DNA of 63,316 bases, filler included, from Rhabdomonas costata (GCA_019059605.1; 35 parts of 35 records of this genome joined end to end with filler, not necessarily neighbours in it); one strand, 5' to 3'. Positions 1 through 12,804 are shown, counted from the first letter of the whole stretch. Made by a program: numbers and translations. The notes: generated by a model from the sequence alone, not told the origin.

Positions 1-838
1 GTTTGTTGGTATCGGGCCTTCTTTCGTACGGTCGGTCCTCCGGTGGTCTCGTTCTCTTGATGGTGTTAGGCGTAGGATTTGCAAGGCTTGGTTCTGTTTG
101 TGCTCCGCCTTCTGATGGTATTTTTGCATCCGGTGGGTTTTATACATGAAGGTTCGGTTTCTGGGTTCGCGTCTCTGGGTTCTGGCATTCGGTGGTTGGA
201 CTTTAGTTAGCGGTGCCTGTCGTCATGATGGGTGGTTTCCGGCCTTCGTTTCTGTCTTCGGCTTCAGGGTTCGGGTTCCGTGTCGAGGTTGGTATTTGAT
301 GTCGGTATTCTTGCCTTTGTTGTGTTTTGTGTCTCATTTGCTACGTGTGCTTCTGCTCTGGGTTCGGTGCGTATTTCGTGGATGCTGGTGTGTGTGTGGG
401 CTCCTGGGTGTGGGTGGTCTTGCTGTCTAGTTTCGGTCCTTCTGCTTAGGTTGTGTGCAAGGCTTGCCTGTGTACACTGGTGTCGGTCTTCGGGGTTCTG
501 GGTTCGTGTTTCTCGGTTCCGTTGTGCTTCTGGGTTCCATCGCTGTTCGTAGGTCGTGCTCTGGGGGTAAGGTTGAATTGCTTGTGCTTGTGGGGGTGTG
601 CGCTTTCTTCGTGTGCGTGGGATTCGTGGGTGCTGGGTTCGCTTCCTCTGTTTGCGGTGTGGGTATGCCTTCCGTCTTTGGCCTCCGGTGTCGGTCTTCG
701 TGTTTCTTGCCTTCGTGGTTGCTTTGGATTCCTTCGCTATGGTTCGTGCTTCTATGTATGGGGTCGTGCTTCTGTGGTGCTGGCGTGTGTTTAGTAGGTG
801 GGTCTGTGGGTGCTCGTTCTGGTGTCAGGGTTCGAATG
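1..838. other. Strongly G/T-skewed low-complexity tract, probable amplification artefact
   Basis: A is very scarce on the + strand. The sequence switches abruptly to ordinary composition near 838. ORFs here are V/G/C/F/L-rich by-products of the skew. Confidence 0.6.
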
Positions 839-1887
839 CCAACAACACACAGAATGACTGACATACCAAAAAACATCGGGGCTGGCAAAAAGCTCTGGCT
901 CTGAACACGGTGCCCTCCTGCGATCCCAGAGATGCTTCAATGGTCAAAAGGCCTTGGAAAAGCTTAGATTAGCTCCCAACAGCGGCCCGTTACTGCAAAT
1001 GAGTTGTGCTACAATAAACAAGTGCGAACCCAACCCGGCACACATATCTTTTCGCTCAGATTATGAGCTCTTTTTTTAAGAAGTCCATCTCAGGTTTCAG
1101 GTGTACCGTCCTGCACGGTCCGGCCCATGTGGGCCCATGAGACAAGTCACCCAGCGAGGCCTTTAGTGCCCCCCCCCCCATTTTCATGGAGATCCCTATC
1201 AATCGGTGCAGATCCGGAGGCCAACACACGAAGTGTGGTGAGTGCTGATAGAAAATCCCGACCCAGAACAGAAAGAATCGCGAAGAGTGACATGCCAACG
1301 GTGGACAGCAGGACAGTAAAAATCAAAACGAAGAAGGGCGTCCCACGAAAAATGATCAGGAAAAAATATGCAAAAAAAGATATATGGAAAAAGCATGGAA
1401 AGACAAAACAGTACCTCTGCAGAGGTCCCGGTTGATCTTTGCCATGCACTGAGGGGAGGCCATGGAGAGCACTTCCCTTTCACCGGAGCTAAGCTGTCGC
1501 CCCAAGACCTCTGAGAGAGCCAAAGCGGGACCATTCGAGAAGAGTCGCAAAAGCACAAACAAAAGGAGTGAGAAAGAAGACAAACATTCTGCAAAATCAC
1601 TCGAGAGAGCGGGTTTCCCGATTTATTTGCAGTGCGGTTCCTTGATGGACTGGACAAGCACTATTTAACGAGGCTTCCGTCGATTCCTTCCGGGAATGCC
1701 CCACCCCCCCACCNNNNNNNNNNNNNNNNNNNNNNNNNNNNNNNNNNNNNNNNNNNNTTAATTAATTAANNNNNNNNNNNNNNNNNNNNNNNNNNNNNNN
1801 NNNNNNNNNNNNNGTTTTGGTGTCCGAATAAATTAGTTTGTATGTGTTCAAATCCTCCATATGGCAGTTGTTATAAAGATTAGAACT

Positions 1888-3288
1888 TTAACACATGTTC
1901 AGAATTTTACATTCGAGATCATTTATTTTATTTGTAATATAATGTATGTAATTACATGCATTTTTTTTTCTATGTATATATTCAAGTGCTTTAGATTTAT
2001 TATTTAATTTATAATAAATATATGCTATCTGATATGAATATTTTGTAATTTTTTCTTTGTCTTGTAATAAAATAAATAATGCATCATAATATTTTTTTTT
2101 ATAACACAATAAAATTGCGTCCCATAATGGTGAATAAATGCCATTATTTAATTTTTTATAAATTTTATTTATTTGATTTGTTGCATGATAATATTCTAAT
2201 TCAGTATCAATATCAATTCGTTTAGTGACATCAATGATGTCATTTTCATTATGTTTTTTATACAATGTGCACATATAAGAATTATATAAAATTGGATCTA
2301 ATAATTTATATAAATTATTATGTTTTTTGTAATAATTTGTTATAAAATCAATGATTAATTCATAATTTTGTTCATTATATAAAATTTCAATTAATCTTAA
2401 AATACTTTCTTTTTTTTGTAATACATAACTATCTATATTTTCATTTATATCTGATTCGACAATGTGAATTAAGATTTTTTTTTCTAAATATGTCTGTTTA
2501 AGATTATTGTAACACAAAGCTAATAAATAATAATCTCCTAAATCTTTTATACAGTCATAATCATATACTTTCAATGCTTCTTCATATTTTTTTATTTTTA
2601 TGAATAAAGTTGCTTTTTTAAATCGAATTGAACCGGTTGTGTTATTACATTTACATAAAATATCATAATCAATCAAATAATTATTATAAAGACATTCATC
2701 ACAATACAAAGTACTCATGAGATTGTAATTTAAATTATCTGTTATTATTTTCATTCTTTTATCATTATCATAACCATGATATGCTTGACTTCTTACAAAA
2801 CATTCCTGTTCAGTATATGGTTCTTTAAACTGTGAATCATATAATTTTACAGTATCATAATTAATATTTTTATTACCATGAATTATATTGATATCAAGTA
2901 ACGTTGTCATACATCCTCTTATAATATGACATGAACCTAAAATTAATATTTGATATAGTTCAGGAAATGTATCATTAATTTGTTTCATTTTTATATTTTG
3001 TTTATTTTGTTTATGACTAACATTTTCATCAATATAACGAATTATATTTTTCCATTTATTAATTATCGAATTAATCGTAGATTCAATAAATACAAATAAT
3101 GGCACATCATATAGTTCTAATATATGCAATGCAAACGGATTTATATTCAAAAGATATGTTTTCCAATTATTGTGAACGATATTGTAATATTTTTTATTGG
3201 TATGCGCAATAGTTAACAACATAGAAAGATCACAATATTTATATAATTCTGCATTATTTATGATAAATATGTCTAATATAAGTTCCAT
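1888..3288 (-). CDS. 466-aa hypothetical protein with F-box-like N-terminus and TPR-like helical C-terminus; giant-virus-like
   Basis: Intronless ATG-to-TAA ORF in very AT-rich DNA, rich in I/N/K/Y. N-terminal LYKYCDLSMLLTIAHTNKKYYNIV resembles an F-box. KKYEEALKVY, YYLLALCYNNLK and YQIAYIYYKLNNKSKALEY resemble TPR helices. Confidence 0.75.
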   Translation of the reverse strand: MELILDIFIINNAELYKYCDLSMLLTIAHTNKKYYNIVHNNWKTYLLNINPFALHILELYDVPLFVFIESTINSIINKWKNIIRYIDENVSHKQNKQNIKMKQINDTFPELYQILILGSCHIIRGCMTTLLDINIIHGNKNINYDTVKLYDSQFKEPYTEQECFVRSQAYHGYDNDKRMKIITDNLNYNLMSTLYCDECLYNNYLIDYDILCKCNNTTGSIRFKKATLFIKIKKYEEALKVYDYDCIKDLGDYYLLALCYNNLKQTYLEKKILIHIVESDINENIDSYVLQKKESILRLIEILYNEQNYELIIDFITNYYKKHNNLYKLLDPILYNSYMCTLYKKHNENDIIDVTKRIDIDTELEYYHATNQINKIYKKLNNGIYSPLWDAILLCYKKKYYDALFILLQDKEKITKYSYQIAYIYYKLNNKSKALEYIHRKKNACNYIHYITNKINDLECKILNMC

Positions 3289-3397
3289 ATTGTTATATAA
3301 TATATAAAAATCTTTTATATTACATTTTTTTATGTTGATTGATTATGTATGTTATTTAAAACCATATAAAAAATATAAAATTAATTAAATTATTAAA

Positions 3398-3526
3398 ATG
3401 GTTCGAGAAACAAAATTATACGATGTATTAGAATTATCACCAACTGCTTCAGAAAGTGATATAAAGAAAGCATATCGTAAACTTGCATTTCAATATCATC
3501 CAGATAAAAATTCATCACCAAAAACA
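3398..3526 (+). CDS. dnaJ: DnaJ/Hsp40 chaperone, N-terminal J-domain, truncated by contig end
   Basis: Translates [40 protein letters not shown], with the HPD motif and a eukaryote-type (Ydj1-like) start. Divergent from the 466-aa ORF with a 109-nt spacer. Missed by the ORF track. Confidence 0.95.
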
Positions 3527-3996
3527 NNNNNNNNNNNNNNNNNNNNNNNNNNNNNNNNNNNNNNNNNNNNTTAATTAATTAANNNNNNNNNNNNNNNNNN
3601 NNNNNNNNNNNNNNNNNNNNNNNNNNCGTAGCAAAAGAAAAGATGACAACTGGAGAGCAAACCTGGCCCGGCTCGGCAGCGGACAAAGTGGGCGTCATGC
3701 GGCGGCGCCGCTCACTGCCCTGAGAGCGGGCTGACAGGGGCGTGGAACGACCACTCGGCGCTGAAAAAAAGGCAGCGAAGGTGAAAAAGGTCCGAACAGT
3801 CTCTTCCTCTTGCTCTTCCCACGTGTTAGTGTGACTGCACTAACCGATGCCCTGAGGTATGCGCATCACACAGTCCTACCGGCGCATTCTTCTCTTCTCT
3901 TCCCCTCCCTCCTGCGTTTCGATTTCGCTGGTGATCAGGTAACTATATTGGCTTTATTAACCGAATCTTCATCTGACAATCAATTGCCACTGTTAT

Positions 3997-4084
3997 TTAT
4001 CCCGCAGGCATGTTGGCAAGCCCATCCAATGCGAACAAAGTTATCCCGCAGGCATGTTGGCAAGCCCATCCAATGCGAACAAAG
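3997..4084. repeat. Perfect 44-bp tandem duplication
   Basis: TTATCCCGCAGGCATGTTGGCAAGCCCATCCAATGCGAACAAAG occurs at 3997-4040 and 4041-4084. Confidence 0.95.
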
Positions 4085-6722
4085 TTCCCTCGCCCCTCAG
4101 AGTCGCCGTTCCCACTTTACACATGTCCAACCTTCCTCCACACACAATGCGGTTGTCCACATCATGCTTACCATCATTTTCCACACAGGAACGAAGCGGG
4201 ATAGGGAGGCTCAAGGCTGAAGTGTACAATACCCCCTTCAGCTCGCCAGCTACACGCACTCATTCCCTGGATGAAGCTCCACTGGGGCTGCTTGCCAGGT
4301 AAGTCGCGTGCATGTCTCCACTACTGTGGCGGTTCAGAGAAGCACCGAGGCTGAAGTCTTTTTTATCACTTTCTCATTGCAAATTTGTGCAGAGACCAAA
4401 GATAGGAATTGTTGTTCTTCTGCGTGTTTCGCTGTTTCTCTGCGTTTTGGGTGTTGGGGTGACCGAAGGCCACTGCATGCAAAAGCGTTAAAAGCGAATC
4501 AACTGCTCTCCTCTTCCGAGAAGAAGAAAGTATTCCAGAAACCTGCTCGCACGTTGCTTGCGATCCCGGCGGCGGCAGCGGCGGCCAAGGCAACCGCAGC
4601 AGTCGCGGCACGCGAGGAAGACCCTGTGGGCGTTACCCCCCATAAAAGGCAAAGTGACATGCAGGGAAAACTCCGCAGCGTCTTCTTATACACCCCACAA
4701 TGGCATCACAGCAAAACAACGGGCCCGCATCAACAATTGAAAGGTAAGTCAAGTCAAACTCAATGAACAGTTCAAGAAACAACCGAAACCGGCGTGCGAC
4801 TGAAAAATCTATGTCTTGTCCAAAAACGCCCAATTTAGTGCACACTTCTTGAGTGGTGCCTTTTTGTGTTGACATGCAAAGCGGACTAGTTTTGACTGAC
4901 CACTTCCCGGGGTGCGGATCACCCCTCCGCTGCTGGGTGGAGGTTTTGGAATCCTCAAGGGCGAATTAGACTGCCGTCCTAGGGACCCCCAGCCAACCGC
5001 GTTCGCCCAGTCAGCTTATGTCGCTAGGTGACCTCTCTACCATTCCTCTTCTACCTGGGATCAACAGACCATTTGCTTCTGACCATGAAGAGCCCCTAAC
5101 CGCAACACCATCCCTGGCGCTCTCTGTCGGCGCACGGGACATCTGATCCAGAAGCTCCCGCAGCAATCTCACGCATTGCCCGCTTCCGTTTCCCCCCACC
5201 TTGGCCGCGTATGAACGTAGGAATCCGTTCCTGCTGCTGGGTGGAGGTCCTTGAAAACTGCAAAAACAACATACCGCGCAGCGTCAGCCTTGGCTCTGAG
5301 CGTGGTGAGGCACTGTGTCCCCTGGAGCCACCCCCAACANNNNNNNNNNNNNNNNNNNNNNNNNNNNNNNNNNNNNNNNNNNNTTAATTAATTAANNNNN
5401 NNNNNNNNNNNNNNNNNNNNNNNNNNNNNNNNNNNNNNNGTGGGGTGTGTGTGTAGCGCTCGCGCGCTCCACGTCTCTCACCTTCGGTTTCTCCTGTGAA
5501 GTGCCTCTCTTGTCCGAAATTGGAGATTACAACCTCTGTCGAGCGTTCTCTGTGTCTGTACATGGGATGCGTAGGGGCTGGCGGCCAGGGTCCAGGTAGT
5601 GAGCTGACAAAGATACCTTTACCCACATCTGTTCGTTCGTATGCACTGTCACGAGGCAGTGCCTTAAATTTCTCGCTGATGAATATATGCGCGTCCACGC
5701 AGCACGTATACAAGCTCTACTGGGTGCAGAACCGCAAAACCGCAATTCCAGCATAACCCATACGCGACAATTTGCAGTGCTGCGTGGATGCTTGCGTTAC
5801 CGGCTGTCACTTAGAAAGCCAAAAGCAGTCTTGCATGGTCCTACATCTCTCCTAAGTACCATGGGGGGGGGGACACAAAAAAGGCTAACATATGCGTGTT
5901 GCGAAAACAGTGAAGACAACTGTGAAGAAGTTAAGTGCTCTTGGAGAACACCATAAATCGGCTTTCGACAAAAACGGTCCTCAGGTATGTCTCGGCGTTG
6001 AGGTGAGTTGGTCATGGCACAGCTTCCTTCGAGCGTTCTTCCAACTGGCAAAGCCAATTTAATCAGACTATAACGTGGACTGAAATGAGAGTGTTTACTT
6101 TACCGAAGTTCAACACGTTTATTCAGCACAAACTCAGCACTCCACAGAAGAGCACAAACAACAAGGAAACGTTGCAAACAACAAGTGTGAATACAGCATG
6201 AGAAGAAAGCATGAGGCCCCAAAGAGAAGAGCTGAAGAGCAATGGAAGAGCCGGAGCAAAGGAAAAAGTAAGGTATGGCGCGCAGGTATGACAACAATGT
6301 AAAGCACGAGAGACAGTCCTCGAGAAACAGTCAGGCCTGATGAGTGGTGAAACGTTTGGATGGAACATGAGTTCCATATGAGAGTTCCATATGAGACGCA
6401 GGAAATAAAAACTGCCTGCTCCTAAAGCACGGTAATTACCCACTCCAGAAGCACAGAAACTGGCAAACCGAAACGTGACCAAGCACCACGCAGTGCCATG
6501 GCAGCGGTCCCAGCACAAAATGATGAGGGAGGCTGCAGCCGCTTTTCCTTGTGCGCGGTCACGGTTTCACAGAGCAGGAAAAAGTTTGAGTAAAATGGGC
6601 CTGGCCAGATGCGCAGACCAGCACAATGGAACAAACGAACAGTTGCATTTGCATTGCAACCTCTGCAACCTTGACGGGCAGTTCGCGAATGCCAAAGACA
6701 CATACTGTAAACCTTATTGTGA

Positions 6723-7148
6723 TCATTCGGGGGAGAGAGGGGATGAATTGTCCAACGGCCCAAGAGGGATTCCACACAGCGGGACGGTGCTCGAAGAGGG
6801 TCGGATCCCTTCTCCGTCGACCACCGTCAGGCGCACGTGAGGGATTTGTTCCCCAGAGTCGCGCAGTTGACGAAAGTGACTGAGGAGACTTACAAATGCC
6901 TTAAAGGTCAGGGGCTTGTGCGCTATCTGCGTGAACAGTCCCTGGCACTTGGTGAGGACCTCGGAGGACACGTCCGCCGTGAGCGCGACAATAGGAACAC
7001 CGACTCCAAGCCCACGAAGGCGCTTCGCCGTTTCTACCCCGTCAAGCTCAGGCATCCAGATATCCAGGAGGCAGAGGTCTGCGGACTGCGCTTGAAAGAA
7101 GTCGATGGCACGACTTCCACTGGAGAGCAGGTGCATGTTACAACCCAC
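6723..7148 (-). CDS. C-terminal response-regulator receiver (REC) domain, probably the last exon of a hybrid histidine kinase
   Basis: DLCLLDIWMPELDGVETAKRLR, PIVALTAD and KP carry the phosphoacceptor Asp, conserved Thr and Lys-Pro. Ends at TGA; 5' part cut by the contig end. Confidence 0.9.
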   Translation of the reverse strand: MGCNMHLLSSGSRAIDFFQAQSADLCLLDIWMPELDGVETAKRLRGLGVGVPIVALTADVSSEVLTKCQGLFTQIAHKPLTFKAFVSLLSHFRQLRDSGEQIPHVRLTVVDGEGIRPSSSTVPLCGIPLGPLDNSSPLSPE

Positions 7149-8200
7149 ACCCNNNNNNNNNNNNNNNNNNNNNNNNNNNNNNNNNNNNNNNNNNNNTTAA
7201 TTAATTAANNNNNNNNNNNNNNNNNNNNNNNNNNNNNNNNNNNNNNNNNNNNTTGTTGGGATGATGGTGGAATTCTCACCTCCCTGCCCCAAACCAGGAG
7301 CCTTGTGCTGTATCTGCTCATTTTTGTTGGGATCCTGGGGGAACGTGCATAGTTCAGGTGGTCCCCTCGCCGCCCTAAGAGCTTCCGTCCGTGTCAACAT
7401 TTGGCGTAGCAAATGCAACTCATGAATGTTCTCCGCACGTCCTGCAGAGGGTCGACATTCCGAACTCAGTAAGGAGGCGCATCTGTGGGCTGTTGGATTT
7501 CGGAAATTGATGATATGGAATTGTCCCCTTATCCCCAGGTAAATACGGGGAAGGGCTCAAGTTCAAGGACGAGCCACAGTCAGGTCTTTGCTCGTGTCCT
7601 CTCCGCCTTCTTCCATTATTGTGTGCTTATCTCCAGGCGCTTTTTGTGCGATGTGGGCACCTGGAAGTGGGGGTGTTGAACGGTATAACGACATCGTCGG
7701 GTTCTGCATACAGTCATGGGCGAAAAAAATTTGAAATTGCTCTTGTCCCATTTCTTGGTCTTTTTTTCAGTGCAGGAGACTGTTCGGAGTTTGACATTAT
7801 ACTTTTTACCCCCCCCCCCAAGGCAAGTATGGTCCTTGATGCATTGCTGGTACTAATCAGCGCTCCTTTCTCGTTAGTAATTGTTGTCAGGTCAAGGCGA
7901 AGCTGCTAAAAATCCTATTCCCAAAACCCTCCCTGAAAGAGGTGTTTTTGGCTCGTCCTTCGTCCTTATTTTCATACGTTGTGATACGTATCGCAGGTTT
8001 TCTTTTTTTTGTGGGGGGGGGGGTCTCCGAAGCGCACTTGTCCGCTTTGTGCCGTAGCAGGAGAAACACAATCTACCGTTTTTTTTGTGGCTTCGTACTG
8101 AAAGAATCAGAGATGCACCGGTGATGAGTGTTCCCGAGCTCTCTGGAGTTGTGCTTTCACCGCTCCGCAACCCGTTTCTTGTATAGACAGTGCCATCCAG

Positions 8201-8316
8201 AGAGTGCTTGGAGAGCTGAGCAAATGCACGTGCTCCGAGGTTGTCCATCTGATCGGAAACCACGAGCTGTACAACTTCAACCGGAAGCAGTTGGACGACT
8301 ACCTTCGCACCACCAG
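8201..8316 (+). CDS. ADPRM: Exon of a Mn-dependent ADP-ribose/CDP-alcohol diphosphatase-like metallophosphoesterase
   Basis: CAG|...|GT-bounded exon translating RVLGELSKCTCSEVVHLIGNHELYNFNRKQLDDYLRTT. GNHE-x-YNF-x-R is characteristic of ADPRM. Not in the ORF track. Confidence 0.75.
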
Positions 8317-9405
8317 GTGGGTTGCGTGGGTTTTTGTCACCAGCAGGCCCCAGTTGCAAACGCAGGATACAAGATAAGAAGGCGAGGTATTGCTTGAGAA
8401 CCGATGCTGCACTCTGTGCGCTCAATGCACAAAAGCGTACACCCAGGAACGTTCACAACAATACAAATGAAACACACGTATACTCACACCTTTTTCAAAG
8501 GTGCATACCAACGAAAAGTCGTGAATTAGATCGTTGCATTCTTGCTTTTTCTGTACCGCTTTTTCTGTATTGGATTTTTTCTAATTTCTATATTGTAGAT
8601 TCCACCGTAAGCTGAGACTTTCATCGGAGCAGTTCAAGCACTGGGTTTACGGCACTAAATCAGGGCAGTCAGTGTGTCGGCTGATGTTTGGCGTTGAAGG
8701 TGCACGCGGTCCACCATAACAACGTCTATTTCATCTTCAAAACGACTGTTCCTGAGGCCGAAACTTCGCCCTTTGCACCGTGTACCTAAAAGCCTGAAAG
8801 GACTGGAGATTTATTCCTAAAACTCCCCCCGCCTTCGGCGCGCAAAGCTCCTTTCAATTACCGTATTTTGCCTCCCACGTTAAACCCTCATCCACGAGCT
8901 GCACTCATCTCCACGTACACTACATTTTTGAGACCAGTGGCATAAAAACAGGGTAAAAACCCACNNNNNNNNNNNNNNNNNNNNNNNNNNNNNNNNNNNN
9001 NNNNNNNNTTAATTAATTAANNNNNNNNNNNNNNNNNNNNNNNNNNNNNNNNNNNNNNNNNNNNGTTGGGTGGGCGTGCGCCGGAGGCATTCGGAGAAGT
9101 AAGGGAAGGGGCTAGTTTGGGGAGGACAGAGCGAATCCTTGACCGACACGCTAAAACGGAAAAAAGTGGTGAAATAAGGGACAAAAAGTAGGCTTGCTAC
9201 CTTCGCATGCACAGCGCGTGCACCCGTCAGTCGATGGTGTGCGTCATCAGTCAAAGGCAAGACATAGCTAGCGCTCTGTCCCACAGATACACATACAACC
9301 GGCACACTCACACATGAGATTGGTGTCTGGGGTGTGGCCAAGAAGGCACAGATACTAGGCGAGTATGGATGTGTGGTGTGGCCGGTATACACACACACAC
9401 AACAG

Positions 9406-9626
9406 AGGAGGCCGTGTTCCCAGTGGGCATGGTGGCCCAGGCGAGGTCCCTGCTGCCATCCTCCCGGGTGCTGCAAGGGGTCCGGGCCCACCTCGAGAGC
9501 ACAGTGCCCCACTTGGCGAACAACCGCCGCGGGCTGGCCGCCGTGCTGGCCGCAGCGCAGGCTATGGTGGAGAGCTCGGCCTCCCTTTTTGACCTGGACG
9601 GGCTGCCGCTGGAACAGCGGGAGGAG
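9406..9626 (+). CDS. Internal exon, hypothetical protein
   Basis: GC-rich island with GC3-biased codons between CAG| and |GT, reading EAVFPVGMVAQARSLLPSSRVLQ...DGLPLEQREE. Confidence 0.6.
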
Positions 9627-11599
9627 GTTTCCGACAGAACTCCCCCTCCTCTCTCTCTCTTTCGGCCTCCGATGGTTTTCCCTCTGCCTCCCGAAGGGCG
9701 GAAGTGGGGAAAGGGCGGTGTTGATTGCTTCTGCCCCGACCCCCATACTCTGTCTGCATGTGCGCAATTGCAATTCCCCTCCGGTTTTTTCCTGCTTGCC
9801 TCAGTTTTCTTTTGTGTGGCTGTTCAGTGTGGAGGACCCTTGACACTGGACATTCACTGTGCCAATGTAGTCCGGTGACTTTACGGGTAGTCTCAGCCCA
9901 TCTGTGAGCCACAATTGGTTTTGGGAGCCAAGTGCAGAGCTGCCGTGTTGGGTGGGAAAACGGCGCTGCACCCCCGAGGCTTTTTTTTTCAGGATCTGTT
10001 ATCCTGTGCGCTTGGTTGGGCGAAGTGTGGTGTCCGTTGGACTCATGATTTCAGCTTTATCAACCCCCCCCCCCCGTTTTCGGTGGCGGGCTACCGGATG
10101 CCTTTGTTCACTCTGCTGCCTGATTTGCGGCTCTTTGTGTGCGCCCCATTTCTCGCAGAAGTCTTGCGCAGAACTTTTTTCCCGCTCCCCACTTTATTAG
10201 AAACTCTTTCCCTTCAACCCGCCATCCCTCATTTTCCACCTCCTAATACAGAGAATGTCCTCGACTGCTGCCTCCTCGCTGCCTCCGGGTCGTGGTGTGT
10301 GCACGGCCTTGTGAGCGGCAATGCTTGCGTATTCAAACCACCTTTCATGCTCCTAAACTCTCTGTGGATTTCATGAAACTTTGCTTTCCACCTCACGCTT
10401 TTCAGTTCAGGGAGCACAGATGGACGGGAAGGGTCTTCCTCAGAGCCTTCTTCGTGGTAAAGATAATGCCCTTTTGTCCCCTTTGATCAACACAGAACCG
10501 AAGAGAATATGTTGTCTGTCATAATCGCGCCTTCATGGTGTGCCCCTTGTTTCGAAAGCGACCTTCACGTTGTAACTCCAGGTGAAGCTGACAACACAAA
10601 AACCACTATAATATTGACCCAAAACGGTGAATCCCATGGAATGAAAAGGTGGGAACGCCTCCTTAGCGAAGGTCATGAGCACTTATTCTGCATTACGTGA
10701 GGTGAAACAACAAAGCTGCACTTGAAGCAAGCAGCGACATGCACGGGCAGTTTCTATTTCTTGGTCCAAACCCAAAANNNNNNNNNNNNNNNNNNNNNNN
10801 NNNNNNNNNNNNNNNNNNNNNTTAATTAATTAANNNNNNNNNNNNNNNNNNNNNNNNNNNNNNNNNNNNNNNNNNNNTGTTGGTGTGTTTGGTTGTTTTT
10901 GTCGCCATCACCATCTGTATATTGCACCATATGGCAGCATTTCAGGTCGTTCGTTGGGGGCATCAGTTGGTTGGCGGGGGGATTGTCTTTTGTTTGCCTC
11001 CCCCCTCACTTTGGTTTTTCTCCCTGCGCACATCTCTCCTTGTAAAGCAAACACCCCCGTTTCTCCCACTCCCAGGGTTTCATGGCGTTGTTTCGTGCTT
11101 CTCTGTATCTGTGTCGTGGACCAAGCTCTGGAACAGTTGACGAAGGGGAGGTTTTATAGGTGGGATAGTTGTGCTCCTTGTGTCTTCAACAATTGCGTGA
11201 CATCATCCGGTTCATCTGAATTTCTTCGCTTGGGGTTGTAAGTTGAAATTTTGAGTGACCCTACATCTGTACGGAAGCCTCAAGACAACCACCTTGCTGG
11301 CCTTCATCTGCGAGTGGTATTCCTAGATGTCTTTATGTGATTTCTATCGGACTACCGGTAGTGGTAGGGCTGACAGGGACGGCAGCAACACAGTGAGAAG
11401 CTATAAGCTGGCACCATAGCGTGCATCTCGACTGGGGTAGTCTGCGCAATTCCAGTGACCGCGATAAGGTCCCAGCACGGCTGGACCTAGAGTGTGAAAC
11501 AGACACGCCTGAAGTAGTAGCATCGACCCTTCTCGCTTGACTTGCTGCTACCTAGCTCGCGATACGGCAACTTCTGGCATCGTTCCCTTTCTCTTTCCG

Positions 11600-12590
11600 T
11601 TTCCGATTCTTTGGTGGTTGTCTTTGCACGCGTATGGTCTCTCGATTCGTGGGTGCTGCTGTATCTGCATCTCATCGTGTATGTCTCCGGTTCTAGTTCT
11701 CCTGCAATGTGGGCTGAGGTTGCGTGTGTTTTCGTATCGGATTTTAGGCGTTGTTGTGTGTTCTGTGTGTGGTGTGGGTATGGCATTGTATGATGGGCTA
11801 TGTGTAGAGTGCTGGATTGCTTTGTGTTTGAGTCTGGGTCGAATGTGGGTTGGGAGTCGGTGTTGTGAGTGCATTCTGTAATGCTTGGGTTGATGCGTTG
11901 TGGCGGGTGTTGCGATCCTGTGTCGTGGGGTATTGGGCATATTTGATAAGGTATGGTGCTGGTGCAGGAATTGGCGTTGGTTTCGTGTGATTTCGGGTTG
12001 ATATTTCAGTGTGTGGGTTTGTGCGTGTGTGGTATGGGGTGTGTGAGTATAGGGGACAACCACCAAAACTCACTCAAAACCGAACGCTACGAATTCTGAC
12101 ACCCAACCACCCATGCACCATGACACACACACAACATCCACACACAAAGAAGCAAAGAACATTCAGAAACCAAAACCAAAAACTCAGAATTCCACCAACA
12201 GCCAATGCAACCACCCAAGCATCACAGCACCCGCTTTGCGCAAACATCGAAACCAAGAACCCAACTCAGAATTCCAACTACCCAACGTCTAAGCCCAGGA
12301 ATACCGACACATACGCAACCACCTACACCGCTACGAACCCACCTCTACTGTACCAAAAACGCCCAAACACTCAACCCACACATGCACCAATACCCACAGC
12401 CTCCCATACTCCAAGCAATCCTACAACCAACCATGCCAATATCACACATGCCTCGAATACCACTCAAAAACACAGATCCACAAACCAACACCGAGCCCAG
12501 ATTTCAAACAGCACGCTCGAATACCACGCCCACCTGCACATACTACATGCACCTAAGGCAACCCAGTAACAACATACGCTCAAACCCACC
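11600..12590. other. G/T-skewed tract that flips to an A/C-skewed tract near 12055
   Basis: Composition inversion is directly visible. No recognisable protein motifs. Confidence 0.6.
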
Positions 12591-12804
12591 NNNNNNNNNN
12601 NNNNNNNNNNNNNNNNNNNNNNNNNNNNNNNNNNTTAATTAATTAANNNNNNNNNNNNNNNNNNNNNNNNNNNNNNNNNNNNNNNNNNNNTTTTGGTGGG
12701 GATGGGCGATTTGTCTCTTCGAGCTTTTCCCTTTCCCATTTTGAATGACAGTGGGGTGGGGTGTGGGGAGCGCAATGGAGTGGAGGAAGGGGTAGAACGT
12801 TGAC

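Noticed and set aside
146-904. Long overlapping ORFs in skewed tracts (also 11537-12642 and 54306-56071)
   Set aside because: Stop codons are rare because of the base skew, and the translations have no motifs.
1714-1813. Regularly spaced TTAATTAATTAA repeats as a CRISPR-like or biological array
   Set aside because: Always centred in 44+44 Ns and gives stops in six frames: a synthetic contig linker. No CRISPR array or cas gene was seen.
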